Shown: in pieces, positions 1 through 8,140 of the stretch | Layout of the letters: each line of letters opens with the position of its first letter | Position numbering within the stretch: the first letter of the stretch is position 1 | IMG/VR virus record: IMGVR_UViG_3300050190_000042 | Coordinates: 1 to 39,828 of that record | DNA length: 39,828 nucleotides | Source: a virus | Lineage: Duplodnaviria > Caudoviricetes | Reading direction: 5' to 3' (one strand) | Program-made: the position numbers and the translations under genes | The notes under the pieces: model-generated | Database searches by the model: none | What the model saw: only the letters and a program-made list of their open reading frames with translations | Told to the model about the DNA's origin: nothing

Positions 1-222
1 GTTTTATTGTTAAGGCAACGGAGGGCGTTAATTATGTTGACCCTGCGCTTGACAGTCATATCGCAGGGATAAGAGCGGCAGGAAAGCCTTTTGGATTGTA
101 TCATTTTGTGTCAATTTCAAGTGACCCTGTTCAACAGGCAAATGATTTTAAAGCACAGCTCGCAAGGTTCCCCGATGCTGCATTTAGACCGGTAATAGAT
201 TCGGAAACAAATTGCGATGATA
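1..222. repeat. Terminal direct repeat, left copy (circular/permuted genome overlap)
   Basis: Matches 39607-39828 except C127 vs G39733. Confidence 0.95.
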
Positions 223-758
223 TTGTGAGTAGGACAAAAACTTTGCTTGACAGCGTTCCTAAATCTATACTTTATACTTATTCGTCATTTATCAGTGAGC
301 ACTTCGGAAACAATTTCATGGGGTACAAACTGTGGCAAGCTGATTACAGACGCGCACCGCAGGACTTTGCAGGGTATAACCGCATCGGCTGGCAATATCA
401 AGAGAACCCCGACCTAAATAATTTTAAGGAGGACATATTTATGAGCACTTTGCCAAAACACCTGCAGGTCGATATATGCGGTATCAAAACCATATCAATA
501 GCAGGATGGGCGACTGACCCAAGCGGCGTAGGCCGAATAGACATATACGCAGACAAAAAGTTTATTGCCACGACCTATACAGGCGGTTTAAGACCCGACG
601 TTGCGGCGGCTCTACATAGCGACGATGCGGCTAACTCTGGGTATGCATGTGATATTACGCTGAGCGCTCTGCCCCAAGGTGTAAAAGAAATATCGGTTGC
701 TTTGGTGCCGAAAGACGGAAGTACGGCGGAATGGAAAACTGTAGAATTTAACGGATAG
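1..758 (+). CDS. Endolysin, GH25 muramidase with C-terminal Ig-like putative cell-wall-binding domain, 3' part
   Basis: YHF, D-x-E (IDSE), LWQADY, WQY, DLN motifs; C-terminal GWA...RPDV...SGY domain. Confidence 0.9.
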   Translation, partial: FIVKATEGVNYVDPALDSHIAGIRAAGKPFGLYHFVSISSDPVQQANDFKAQLARFPDAAFRPVIDSETNCDDIVSRTKTLLDSVPKSILYTYSSFISEHFGNNFMGYKLWQADYRRAPQDFAGYNRIGWQYQENPDLNNFKEDIFMSTLPKHLQVDICGIKTISIAGWATDPSGVGRIDIYADKKFIATTYTGGLRPDVAAALHSDDAANSGYACDITLSALPQGVKEISVALVPKDGSTAEWKTVEFNG

Positions 759-770
759 GGGGAATGACAG

Positions 771-1136
771 ATGGAACCGATAAATGGCACACAGGAGCAG
801 ATCACTGCTAATATTATTGTATCTGCAGCCACGGCGGCGGCGAAAGCTGTAGCAGAAGCGGCATCAGCAGCAGCGACTGTTATGGCAAACGAAAATAGTA
901 CATCTTCAACCGCAATCGCCGTGTTGGAAAATAAAATGAATACGCTTCAAAATCAGCAGACTTCTTTCGAGGGCGAAGTAAATAGAAGAATGGATAAATT
1001 GGACTTAACATTTGAAAAAATATTTGCTGAGCTTAGAGAAATATCAAAAGGCCGCCCGTCTTGGGCAGTAACGGCAATTATAACAATTTTAACTGCGGCA
1101 TGCGGTATCTTGGCAACTATGGCGGTTTTACGCTAA
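771..1136 (+). CDS. Holin/XhlA-like membrane protein
   Basis: Coiled-coil plus C-terminal transmembrane helix, in the lysis cassette. Confidence 0.55.
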   Translation: MEPINGTQEQITANIIVSAATAAAKAVAEAASAAATVMANENSTSSTAIAVLENKMNTLQNQQTSFEGEVNRRMDKLDLTFEKIFAELREISKGRPSWAVTAIITILTAACGILATMAVLR

Positions 1137-1165
1137 AAAATATTTAATTTAAAGGAGAAAAAACA

Positions 1166-1408
1166 ATGGATGAAAACATGACAGCAGCCCCAATCACAGC
1201 GCCGGTAGTGGCGAAACAGTCAAGGTGGAAGTCCTCAATCCTTTGGACGGCAATCATAGCTCAGGTTATCGCTCTTTTGCAGTTGACCGGCGCTTTTAAA
1301 GCCATGGGGGTTGATGCCGGATACATAGGTAACATCGTAGCGTCTGTGCTGCAGTTGCTTGTTATTCTTGGAATCATAAACAATCCAAGTGACCCCACGG
1401 CATTATAA
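1166..1408 (+). CDS. Holin
   Basis: 80 aa, two hydrophobic helices, SRWKS...W and LGIINNP motifs typical of phage holins. Confidence 0.8.
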   Translation: MDENMTAAPITAPVVAKQSRWKSSILWTAIIAQVIALLQLTGAFKAMGVDAGYIGNIVASVLQLLVILGIINNPSDPTAL

Positions 1409-1420
1409 GAAAAACGCATA

Positions 1421-1448
1421 AAGCTCTGCTCTTCAGAGTGGGGTTTTA
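1421..1448 (+). terminator. Intrinsic terminator after holin
   Basis: AAGCTCTGCTC-TTCA-GAGTGGGGTT hairpin plus T run. Confidence 0.55.
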
Positions 1449-1475
1449 TATCCTTTTGTGAAAGAAGGGTTGAGA

Positions 1476-1679
1476 ATGGCAAGTTGTGAATCCTCAATTG
1501 GCAACGAAGATTGCAACAATTGTCATGCTTATAAGGGATTTTGTGAATATGTTGATAAGAAAATGCAAAAACAATGGTTAAAGAGTTTAAGGCAAGCTAA
1601 TAAAAACAGAAAAAGACTTGGCACAGACTTACCAAATCAATTAGATTATTCAAGCGAAACAATGATACCAGCCCTATAG
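1476..1679 (+). CDS. Small Cys-rich hypothetical protein
   Basis: ORF with GAAGGG RBS and CxxC motif. Confidence 0.5.
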   Translation: MASCESSIGNEDCNNCHAYKGFCEYVDKKMQKQWLKSLRQANKNRKRLGTDLPNQLDYSSETMIPAL

Positions 1680-1698
1680 GAAATACACGCCATACTTA

Positions 1699-1734
1699 AA
1701 GCCCCGCTTCCGTTTGGAGGTGGGGCTCTTTTTT
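1699..1734 (+). terminator. Intrinsic terminator
   Basis: AGCCCCGCTTCC-GTTT-GGAGGTGGGGCT followed by T tract. Confidence 0.8.
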
Positions 1735-1904
1735 GTAATAATTATCTGATTTTTTGTATAAGTTAGTTAAAAAGGGCAACATTATTTATAATTCTTTGTA
1801 AGAAATATTTGTTAATTTTCCCACCAGCTATTTCATTTTAACACAAGGGGTGTATAATTATGGACAAGAAGAAACGGTTTAAAATGATAAGGAGTGATAA
1901 GAGT

Positions 1905-2093
1905 ATGTATTCGGTAGCAACAAAAACACAAGGGGCAACTGTTTCTGACAAATTGTTAGAGTTACGAAATCGCGCAATTATTAGGATGAATTGTGCCGAT
2001 TTACGTCACACTCCCAATTTGCATGATATTACGCAGGCGAATGAAAATGCTGCGGATTTGGCAAAAGATCAATACAAGACAATAAAGGAGTAA
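1905..2093 (+). CDS. Putative antitoxin (unknown family)
   Basis: AAGGAG RBS; ends 7 bp upstream of a PemK/MazF-like gene. Confidence 0.45.
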   Translation: MYSVATKTQGATVSDKLLELRNRAIIRMNCADLRHTPNLHDITQANENAADLAKDQYKTIKE

Positions 2094-2100
2094 GTGACAG

Positions 2101-2520
2101 ATGAAATTACATAGGGGCGGAATATGGTATATTCATTTCCCTTATACTTTTGATGTAAATTATCCAAATGGCAAAAACAAATTCGTTTTAGTCTTGCAGG
2201 AAGGTGCCATTTTTAGAGATTATGATGCTGTAACCGTTTTGCTAATAACCACGGATCAAGACTGTAAAGATTATGATACGAATGTTACCATTGAATGTGG
2301 GACAACCAGAATGGCATCTGAATCGTATGCTGTTTGTGCTCAGCCATACACCATTTTAAAAAGTTATTTTGAAATAAACGGGGTATGGTGCGCTGGGAAA
2401 CTATCTCCGGAAAAATTAGATGAAGTTGATACGGCATTATATACAGGACTTTGCATGGGAGTAAATAGTCAAGCAGCAATAGAGGCAGCATATACCAGTT
2501 TCACCGGAACAATTAATTAA
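2101..2520 (+). CDS. PemK/MazF-family toxin-like protein
   Basis: RGGIWY...K..VLVLQ...V.VLLITT...S...C.Q.YTI.K...G.L...LDEVD.AL fits the PemK fold pattern. Confidence 0.7.
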   Translation: MKLHRGGIWYIHFPYTFDVNYPNGKNKFVLVLQEGAIFRDYDAVTVLLITTDQDCKDYDTNVTIECGTTRMASESYAVCAQPYTILKSYFEINGVWCAGKLSPEKLDEVDTALYTGLCMGVNSQAAIEAAYTSFTGTIN

Positions 2521-2541
2521 CCCTTAAAGTATGTAATACAT

Positions 2542-2580
2542 AACAGCCCACTCTCTTAATTGAGGGTGGGCTGTTTTTTT
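2542..2580 (+). terminator. Intrinsic terminator
   Basis: AACAGCCCACTCTC-TTAATT-GAGGGTGGGCTGTT plus T tract. Confidence 0.85.
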
Positions 2581-2609
2581 ATCGTTTTTATCAACTTGAA
2601 AGAAAAATC

Positions 2610-2847
2610 CGTAGTAACCCCGTAGTAACCGCTCTTTAATTGGCTTTAATTCCGTTTAATTTAAGACAATCATATAAAAATAACAGTAGCCTACAAACGG
2701 CTTAGATACGCCACCTGCAAACTATTACTTGCGGTTTGATTGATAAGGATTTTGTTAAGTTAACTTTGAATATCTTTCAAAATAGTTATCAAAATAACGG
2801 CTTAGATAGGCTGTTTATTCGGTGACGTGTAGTAACGGCGTAGTAAC
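2610..2847. other. Putative attP region with arm-type integrase sites
   Basis: Paired GTAGTAAC direct repeats at 2611/2622 and 2829/2840 (11-bp period), next to the integrase 3' end. Confidence 0.7.
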
Positions 2848-2851
2848 ATTT

Positions 2852-3868
2852 TTACGTCATTTTTAAGATAGCGGTTCTAAGTGTGTCAATATTTTGATGA
2901 ATATAAGTATTTGCGGTTTCATCATATTTTTCATGACCGGCAAGCGCTTGTATATCTTCCATCCTCGCTCCGCCCGCTGAAAGTCTGGTGGCGAAAGTGT
3001 GGCGTGTCGCATGAGGTGTTAATCTCCTTATGCCCATAGTGGTCAAGGCAGGATAATAATATTTTTGTCTGAATTGTTCTGCGGTCATTGGATCGCCGTT
3101 ATCGTCGGTTACTATTGTTTGTCCTCCGCGTGCCAACCAGCCTAAAAGAATCCGTTCTATTTTGGGATGAACAGGCACGACCCTATTCTTTCCCGCCTCG
3201 GTCTTTTTACCGCCTGTGAGGGCGTTATTCTCTCGGCTGTAACTGAACGGTGTGAGTTCCAAAAATTCACTTACCCTAAACCCTGTATAGCACATCATTA
3301 ATATAACATCCGCATACGGCACGGCTGCTTTCTCGATTTTGGATAGCTCCAATTCGGTGAAGCAGTCTTTTTTTATTTTTATGGTTTTTGGCAGAGTTAT
3401 AAATGAAGCGTAATTTTTATTCACAATATCATTTTCGGATCCGTAATCAAAAAGTTGTGTCAACAAAGATTTTGTCTTTTGGAGCGTGCTGCTTGACATG
3501 TTTGAGTATTGGTCGATAACCTTTTGCATCTGTCCTGTTCTCAACTCGCGAAACTTTATATCGTATAAGGTAGTAAGTTTTTGCCAGCATGCAGAATAAT
3601 TTTTCTGCGTTTGCGTCGAGATATTTCTATATGCTATTTCTTGCCATTCGGCGTGGAGCTGATTTAATGTGATATTTAATTTCGTTGTCGGGGTGCGCCT
3701 ATAATTTTCAAGCGCGTCCTTAGCCTCTTGTGCGGTTGCGTAGTGGCCTATAATTTGAGCGGGTACATTATCCTTTTCCGGCGTTACAGCGCACCACGGT
3801 CTTGCGTGCGTGTCAGAGCGCTTATATACGGAGCCCGTCCCATTCTCCCGCTTTATTTGTTTGCGCAT
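2852..3868 (-). CDS. int: Tyrosine integrase
   Basis: N-terminal RENGTGSVYKR arm-binding motif; TGFRVSE, K, HATRHTF, LAGH, terminal Y catalytic motifs. Confidence 0.95.
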   Translation of the reverse strand: MRKQIKRENGTGSVYKRSDTHARPWCAVTPEKDNVPAQIIGHYATAQEAKDALENYRRTPTTKLNITLNQLHAEWQEIAYRNISTQTQKNYSACWQKLTTLYDIKFRELRTGQMQKVIDQYSNMSSSTLQKTKSLLTQLFDYGSENDIVNKNYASFITLPKTIKIKKDCFTELELSKIEKAAVPYADVILMMCYTGFRVSEFLELTPFSYSRENNALTGGKKTEAGKNRVVPVHPKIERILLGWLARGGQTIVTDDNGDPMTAEQFRQKYYYPALTTMGIRRLTPHATRHTFATRLSAGGARMEDIQALAGHEKYDETANTYIHQNIDTLRTAILKMT

Positions 3869-3923
3869 GGTATCACCGCCCTTTAATTTTGCCCCTCACT
3901 GTGATGGTGAGAGGCAGTTTTTA

Positions 3924-4292
3924 TCAATCTGCAAATATTGTATGCTTGGATTTCCATTTTCTCAAAGCTATATTTAGCCATAAGCTATATATGCCTATCG
4001 TTATAATGCACAGGCCTAACCATTTCATCCACGTTCCGAACAGTTGCAAAGCTGTTCCATCGAATTTTAAACGATGCCCGTTTACTACCGTGTGCTTAGC
4101 CTCCCACCTATATTCCATGCAAAAAGCCCAAGGATAGCAAATGCTAAGCGTGAATAATGTAACGAAAAAGCCAAGTATGCTCCAGCCGATTAATTGCAAT
4201 AGCCCACCGTCAAAATAAGAATTTGCTACTTTAGAAACGACTTGTACCGGAATAGTTTGCTCTGAAATAGTGCTAACTGTCTGTGGTTCCAT
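3924..4292 (-). CDS. DUF898 (YjgN)-like membrane protein
   Basis: Internal duplication FDG...LQL.G...W..L...T.GI; AGAAGGAAG RBS before ATG 4292. Confidence 0.7.
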   Translation of the reverse strand: MEPQTVSTISEQTIPVQVVSKVANSYFDGGLLQLIGWSILGFFVTLFTLSICYPWAFCMEYRWEAKHTVVNGHRLKFDGTALQLFGTWMKWLGLCIITIGIYSLWLNIALRKWKSKHTIFAD

Positions 4293-4350
4293 TACTTTAC
4301 ACTTCCTTCTATATATTACCCTTTCGGGAAATACGCAAACAAATCTATAA

Positions 4351-4752
4351 TTATGCCTCCATTTCCGCCGCTGCAATTGCGTTTTTTAAAGCCTTATACC
4401 TTGCAAGCATTAACAGCTCTTCTCTATCTTCGCTACTGCATTCTTTATAACATTTGATAAGTTCTTTTTCATCAGTTTCGAGAGGGTTGGGCTTGTCATG
4501 GAGAGCAGAGTTGACCGCAGGAATAGCGTTAGGGGGTAGGGAGGCATCGAGACCTTGAAGCCATAACGGGTCAACATTTAATTTAATTGCGATTGCCGCA
4601 GCCGCATCAACTTTAGGGCTTCTTTGGCTCAGTACGTATCTATTGAGAGTTTGCGCCGGAACTCCTGTTATTTTTGATAAAATCTCATATGTCATGTCGT
4701 GATCCACCATATATTTTTTGAGCCGTTCAGAAAAATTTGAATTCTGTTTCAA
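4351..4752 (-). CDS. CI-like XRE HTH repressor
   Basis: FSERLK...LSKITGVPAQTLNRY...RSP...IA..LNV...WL HTH; TTG start after GGGAGTG; divergent from cro-like gene. Confidence 0.85.
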   Translation of the reverse strand: MKQNSNFSERLKKYMVDHDMTYEILSKITGVPAQTLNRYVLSQRSPKVDAAAAIAIKLNVDPLWLQGLDASLPPNAIPAVNSALHDKPNPLETDEKELIKCYKECSSEDREELLMLARYKALKNAIAAAEMEA

Positions 4753-4825
4753 TACAATCACTCCCAATTTCATAACCACTATATCATGTATTATCACCAA
4801 TTGCAATATATTTTTTAAAATATCA

Positions 4826-4854
4826 TTGACATTGTCTATGAACGGTGATAAAGT
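4826..4854 (+). promoter_or_regulatory. Early rightward promoter
   Basis: TTGACA-17-TAAAGT. Confidence 0.7.
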
Positions 4855-4860
4855 GTAGAT

Positions 4861-4876
4861 AACACCAAACGGTGTT
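4861..4876. promoter_or_regulatory. Repressor operator
   Basis: Palindrome AACACC-AAAC-GGTGTT; near copy at 5106-5121; half sites near 4792 and 4841-4850. Confidence 0.65.
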
Positions 4877-4896
4877 GAAAGGAGGCGATAAATAAC

Positions 4897-5148
4897 ATGG
4901 CAATTAATTCTAACTCGCTTCGTGCCAAGATTTACGGAAAATATGCAAGCCAAGCCGAGTTCAGCCGGCAGATTGACTGGGATATAAATAAAATCAACAA
5001 AATCATCAAAGGCAAACGAACCCCCGACGTTGACGAATGCGCAAAGATTTCAAATATCTTAGGGCTGTCTCGTGATGAATACTTTGATATTTTTTTGCCC
5101 AGTCTATCACCAAACGGTGTTAAGCAAGCAACCCCCACCAGCGCCTAA
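4897..5148 (+). CDS. Cro-like HTH regulator
   Basis: AAAGGAGG RBS; XRE-like HTH; first gene of the early operon. Confidence 0.8.
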   Translation: MAINSNSLRAKIYGKYASQAEFSRQIDWDINKINKIIKGKRTPDVDECAKISNILGLSRDEYFDIFLPSLSPNGVKQATPTSA

Positions 5149-5187
5149 CCATACATAGCAACAAATTAGGAAAGGAGATGAGAAAGA

Positions 5188-5349
5188 ATGACAAAGGAAA
5201 ATTTTGATAAAGCAGAAAGTGCATTACTGAAAGTAATCGGCGAAATCAGCGCAAAAGAGCAGGCCGCGAACTTCTCCGATAGGTTGAACGCGACCATTTA
5301 CGCTCTTATTTACTTAGACCTCAAAAGAACTGCACTTGTTAGTCCGTAA
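5188..5349 (+). CDS. Small hypothetical protein (53 aa, MTKENFDKAE...)
   Basis: GAAAGGAG RBS; ORF read by hand. Confidence 0.5.
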   Translation: MTKENFDKAESALLKVIGEISAKEQAANFSDRLNATIYALIYLDLKRTALVSP

Positions 5350-5485
5350 CTTCCAATTCCTTTATCGCCTTGAATACTGCATCAAGGAATTCAACCGTAT
5401 CTTCAGGATTAACCAAATTCCCCGCGTTTGCAAAAGCAACCGCGATCTCTTTCGTGTATTCAAGCGCTTTTGATGTATCAGCCAT
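5339..5485 (-). CDS. Small hypothetical protein (48 aa, MADTSKALEY...)
   Basis: Strong AAAGGAGG RBS; possible TTGTCT-17-TAAACT promoter upstream. Confidence 0.65.
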   Translation of the reverse strand: MADTSKALEYTKEIAVAFANAGNLVNPEDTVEFLDAVFKAIKELEVTD

Positions 5486-5586
5486 TATTATCCCCTCCTT
5501 TCGCCAACAGTTTACATTATTCGGGCGAAAAAGACAAGGAAAAAGCTCCTGTATCAGCAGGAGCAATGAACAAAATCTATACCGCT

Positions 5587-5615
5587 ATTATAAGCGGATT
5601 TGAGAGGAATGTCAA
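5587..5615 (-). promoter_or_regulatory. Antisense sigma-A promoter overlapping the rha RBS
   Basis: Perfect TTGACA-17-TATAAT on the minus strand. Confidence 0.65.
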
Positions 5616-5617
5616 TA

Positions 5618-6250
5618 ATGAACGAATTAGTTTTTGAAAAACAGGACAAGCCCATGACCGACAGCTTAAAAGTGGCCGAGTATTTCGGGAAACGGCACGA
5701 TCACGTGCTTAGAGACATAAAAGAGCTTGAATGTTCAGAAGAATTTCGACAGTCCAATTTTGGGGAGTCGAATTACATGAACGAACAGCGTCACAGGCAA
5801 CCCAAATATAACATGACCTTTGACGGTTTTATGTTCCTTGCAATGGGTTATCGCGGGAAAAGAGCGGCCTCACTCAAAGAAGCCTACATTAAAGAGTTTA
5901 ACCACATGGGCGACTTCATCCGTCAACTCGATACCGCCCGTCTCGACTTTCACGACTTCGCGCAGGCAATTAAGGAGGCTCACGACGAACCGCGCAGTTA
6001 TCACTTCTCGAATGAGTTTGACCTTATTAATAGAATAGTGCTCGGGACTTCCACAAGAAAATACAAAAGAGAGCACGGCATAGAGGCCAGCAGCATCAGA
6101 GAGTTTTTAACTCCCGAACAACTTGATGGGGTAATTAGATTGCAACGCTTTGACATGGGACTTGTTGTAACGGTGCCGGAATACGAAGACCGCAAGCAGA
6201 TATTGAGTAAATATTATGGGCGCATCCGGCAACTGGTATTAAAGGGGTGA
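5618..6250 (+). CDS. rha: Rha-family phage regulatory protein
   Basis: TDSLKVAEYFGKRHDHVLRDI...F...NF...Y...DGFMFLAMGY.G..A..LK..YI.EF..M. Confidence 0.9.
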   Translation: MNELVFEKQDKPMTDSLKVAEYFGKRHDHVLRDIKELECSEEFRQSNFGESNYMNEQRHRQPKYNMTFDGFMFLAMGYRGKRAASLKEAYIKEFNHMGDFIRQLDTARLDFHDFAQAIKEAHDEPRSYHFSNEFDLINRIVLGTSTRKYKREHGIEASSIREFLTPEQLDGVIRLQRFDMGLVVTVPEYEDRKQILSKYYGRIRQLVLKG

Positions 6251-6254
6251 GATT

Positions 6255-6458
6255 GTGATGGACACCCTCATTAATGTAAAGGACGCTGCTGAACAAATGG
6301 GAATTGCATTTCAGACATTGCAAATGGCTCTAAAAGCAAAGTTATACCCCTTTGGGGAGGCAATACCGTGCAAAAACAGATACAGGTATGTTATCATCCG
6401 CACCCGCTTTGAAGCATACATGTCAGCACAGGATATGTTGCCGGTCAGAATGATTTAG
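6255..6458 (+). CDS. Excisionase-like DNA-binding protein
   Basis: INVKDAAEQMG...L...YPFG.A...YVI...F..Y pattern. Confidence 0.55.
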   Translation: MMDTLINVKDAAEQMGIAFQTLQMALKAKLYPFGEAIPCKNRYRYVIIRTRFEAYMSAQDMLPVRMI

Positions 6459-6481
6459 GACAAGCCCCCAAAAGAAAGGCC

Positions 6482-6688
6482 GTGATTAAAATGTTACCTC
6501 TGCGCTGCCCCAGATGCCCTGAACATTGCCTAAACCGTGGTGCTGATATATGCCACACCATTGATTGTGAGGTCAACAAGAGCCAAAAGGAATGGTATAA
6601 GGCACGAACAGCCGAACGCCGCAAAAGAGTTGACATTGAAGTCTATTTTATTAGAAGTGCGATGCGCCACAATGCGATGGCGAGATGA
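6482..6688 (+). CDS. Hypothetical Cys-rich protein
   Basis: ORF with RBS in early operon. Confidence 0.55.
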   Translation: MIKMLPLRCPRCPEHCLNRGADICHTIDCEVNKSQKEWYKARTAERRKRVDIEVYFIRSAMRHNAMAR

Positions 6689-6897
6689 AAGAAGGAAGTA
6701 TAAAAATGTTTGATTTTATGGAGCTTTTCAGAAGCCATAAAGGCTATCACGGCAAATATAAAGGTTTTTTTAAAGCGGAGCGTTCGGTTGAAATGCAAAA
6801 GTTTTTGAAGAAATTAGCGAAAGAAAAACGCCAACGTCGATGTGAACGCAATTTAAGACTCGTTGAGTGCGGCGGCATGATAGCGACGGCGAGATAG
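6685..6897 (+). CDS. Hypothetical basic protein
   Basis: Translationally coupled ORF. Confidence 0.5.
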   Translation: MKEGSIKMFDFMELFRSHKGYHGKYKGFFKAERSVEMQKFLKKLAKEKRQRRCERNLRLVECGGMIATAR

Positions 6898-6905
6898 GAG
6901 GAAGT

Positions 6906-7073
6906 ATGAAAGGAATACACAATCCGAATTGCAGGGAATGCATTTGTTGGAAATGTGCAAAAGACTGTGTCGAATGTTGCAGTGAGCACCAAGACGATTT
7001 AACTTGCATGGACGATCTTGAAGAGGACGAGGCACAAGATTGCCCCGACTTCACACCAGAAACGGAGGAATGA
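6906..7073 (+). CDS. Small Cys-rich acidic protein
   Basis: AGGAGG RBS; multiple CxxC. Confidence 0.6.
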   Translation: MKGIHNPNCRECICWKCAKDCVECCSEHQDDLTCMDDLEEDEAQDCPDFTPETEE

Positions 7074-7075
7074 AA

Positions 7076-7312
7076 ATGTTTATCCAAAATATCAAAGGGT
7101 ATTTAAACAAAACTTTCACCGCACAGCCCGAAGAACCCGACGACAATGATTTTCAGGAAGAGTTTGAACCTTTGGACGTTAAAAAACTGCCGCACCTTTA
7201 CACGGTGAGTGACACAAAGGTTGAGGCGGTAAGGCGCAAGGCTAAAAACTGCACCGACGTGTTCGCGGCCGGCATGCTCAGGACGCTTGAATTGTTAGGG
7301 TTGCCGTCATGA
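7076..7312 (+). CDS. Hypothetical protein
   Basis: GGAGG RBS. Confidence 0.55.
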   Translation: MFIQNIKGYLNKTFTAQPEEPDDNDFQEEFEPLDVKKLPHLYTVSDTKVEAVRRKAKNCTDVFAAGMLRTLELLGLPS

Positions 7313-7398
7313 ATGAAATAGGCGTTATTTTAATTGCAATAATCTGTGTCATGGTGGTTTTAACTATCGGCGGTCTGATTTGTCGGGAAAAATGGTAG
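7309..7398 (+). CDS. 29-aa single-transmembrane peptide
   Basis: ATGA overlap; MNEIGVILIAIICVMVVLTIGGLICREKW. Confidence 0.4.
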   Translation: MNEIGVILIAIICVMVVLTIGGLICREKW

Positions 7399-7477
7399 AG
7401 CCGTGAAAGCTCTGAACTCTCACGGCCAAGGGAAAATGTCTAAGTAAATTATAACAAAATTAAAGGAGTTGTCAAGC

Positions 7478-7687
7478 ATGGCTAAATTAACTGTTTTTGA
7501 GCAAGACACCATTACCCTAATGAAACACTTAAAAAGATATTCAAAGAAGTACCGCAATACGCCGGACGGATACATAACCGCCTATGTGTTAGACGAAAAT
7601 GTCGGTATTGGGAACTCACCAAGTGAAGAAAACCATATTGATGCGCATTCTGCGAGGTTCCCTTACAAAGAGGCTTTAAATGGATAG
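7478..7687 (+). CDS. Hypothetical protein
   Basis: AAAGGAG RBS. Confidence 0.6.
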   Translation: MAKLTVFEQDTITLMKHLKRYSKKYRNTPDGYITAYVLDENVGIGNSPSEENHIDAHSARFPYKEALNG

Positions 7688-7922
7688 CAGTTTCGACCGC
7701 GCGCAAGTCCAGTATGAAAATAAGATGCCGGACGAACCTAAATGTCTATACGGTTTTTACATGGAGGACAGGGTAGCAGTAATAAAAAGAGGCTATTCCG
7801 ATTTTGGATTTGAGGGCGTTATCAAAGGGTTTGACGAGGGAGTTTTAAAGGTCGAGGTTTACGGCGACACAATGAAATGGATTGATTGGTTGCCGCCTGA
7901 GGATTTGAGGAGGGTGGACTGA
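7680..7922 (+). CDS. Hypothetical protein, SH3/KOW-like
   Basis: Coupled ORF; DRVAVI...EGVIKG...KVEV pattern. Confidence 0.55.
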   Translation: MDSSFDRAQVQYENKMPDEPKCLYGFYMEDRVAVIKRGYSDFGFEGVIKGFDEGVLKVEVYGDTMKWIDWLPPEDLRRVD

Positions 7923-8140
7923 TGGCTAAGAATGGCGTTGACTACTACACAGATGGCACGGCAACCGTCACAGTGCATTTCCCAGAGGATAGAACAGTTT
8001 GCCAATATTGTCCCTACTGTAGAAACGAGGACAGCCTGAAGCGTTGGAAGTGCCTGTTGACGGATGAATATGTCTTATACCCGTTTGTGAGCGTGGGAAA
8101 TAAATGTCCTATTATTTTTGAGGAGGTAAAAAAAGAGTGA
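7922..8140 (+). CDS. Cys-rich phage protein
   Basis: GAGGAGG RBS; CQYCPYC...C...CP. Confidence 0.65.
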   Translation: MAKNGVDYYTDGTATVTVHFPEDRTVCQYCPYCRNEDSLKRWKCLLTDEYVLYPFVSVGNKCPIIFEEVKKE

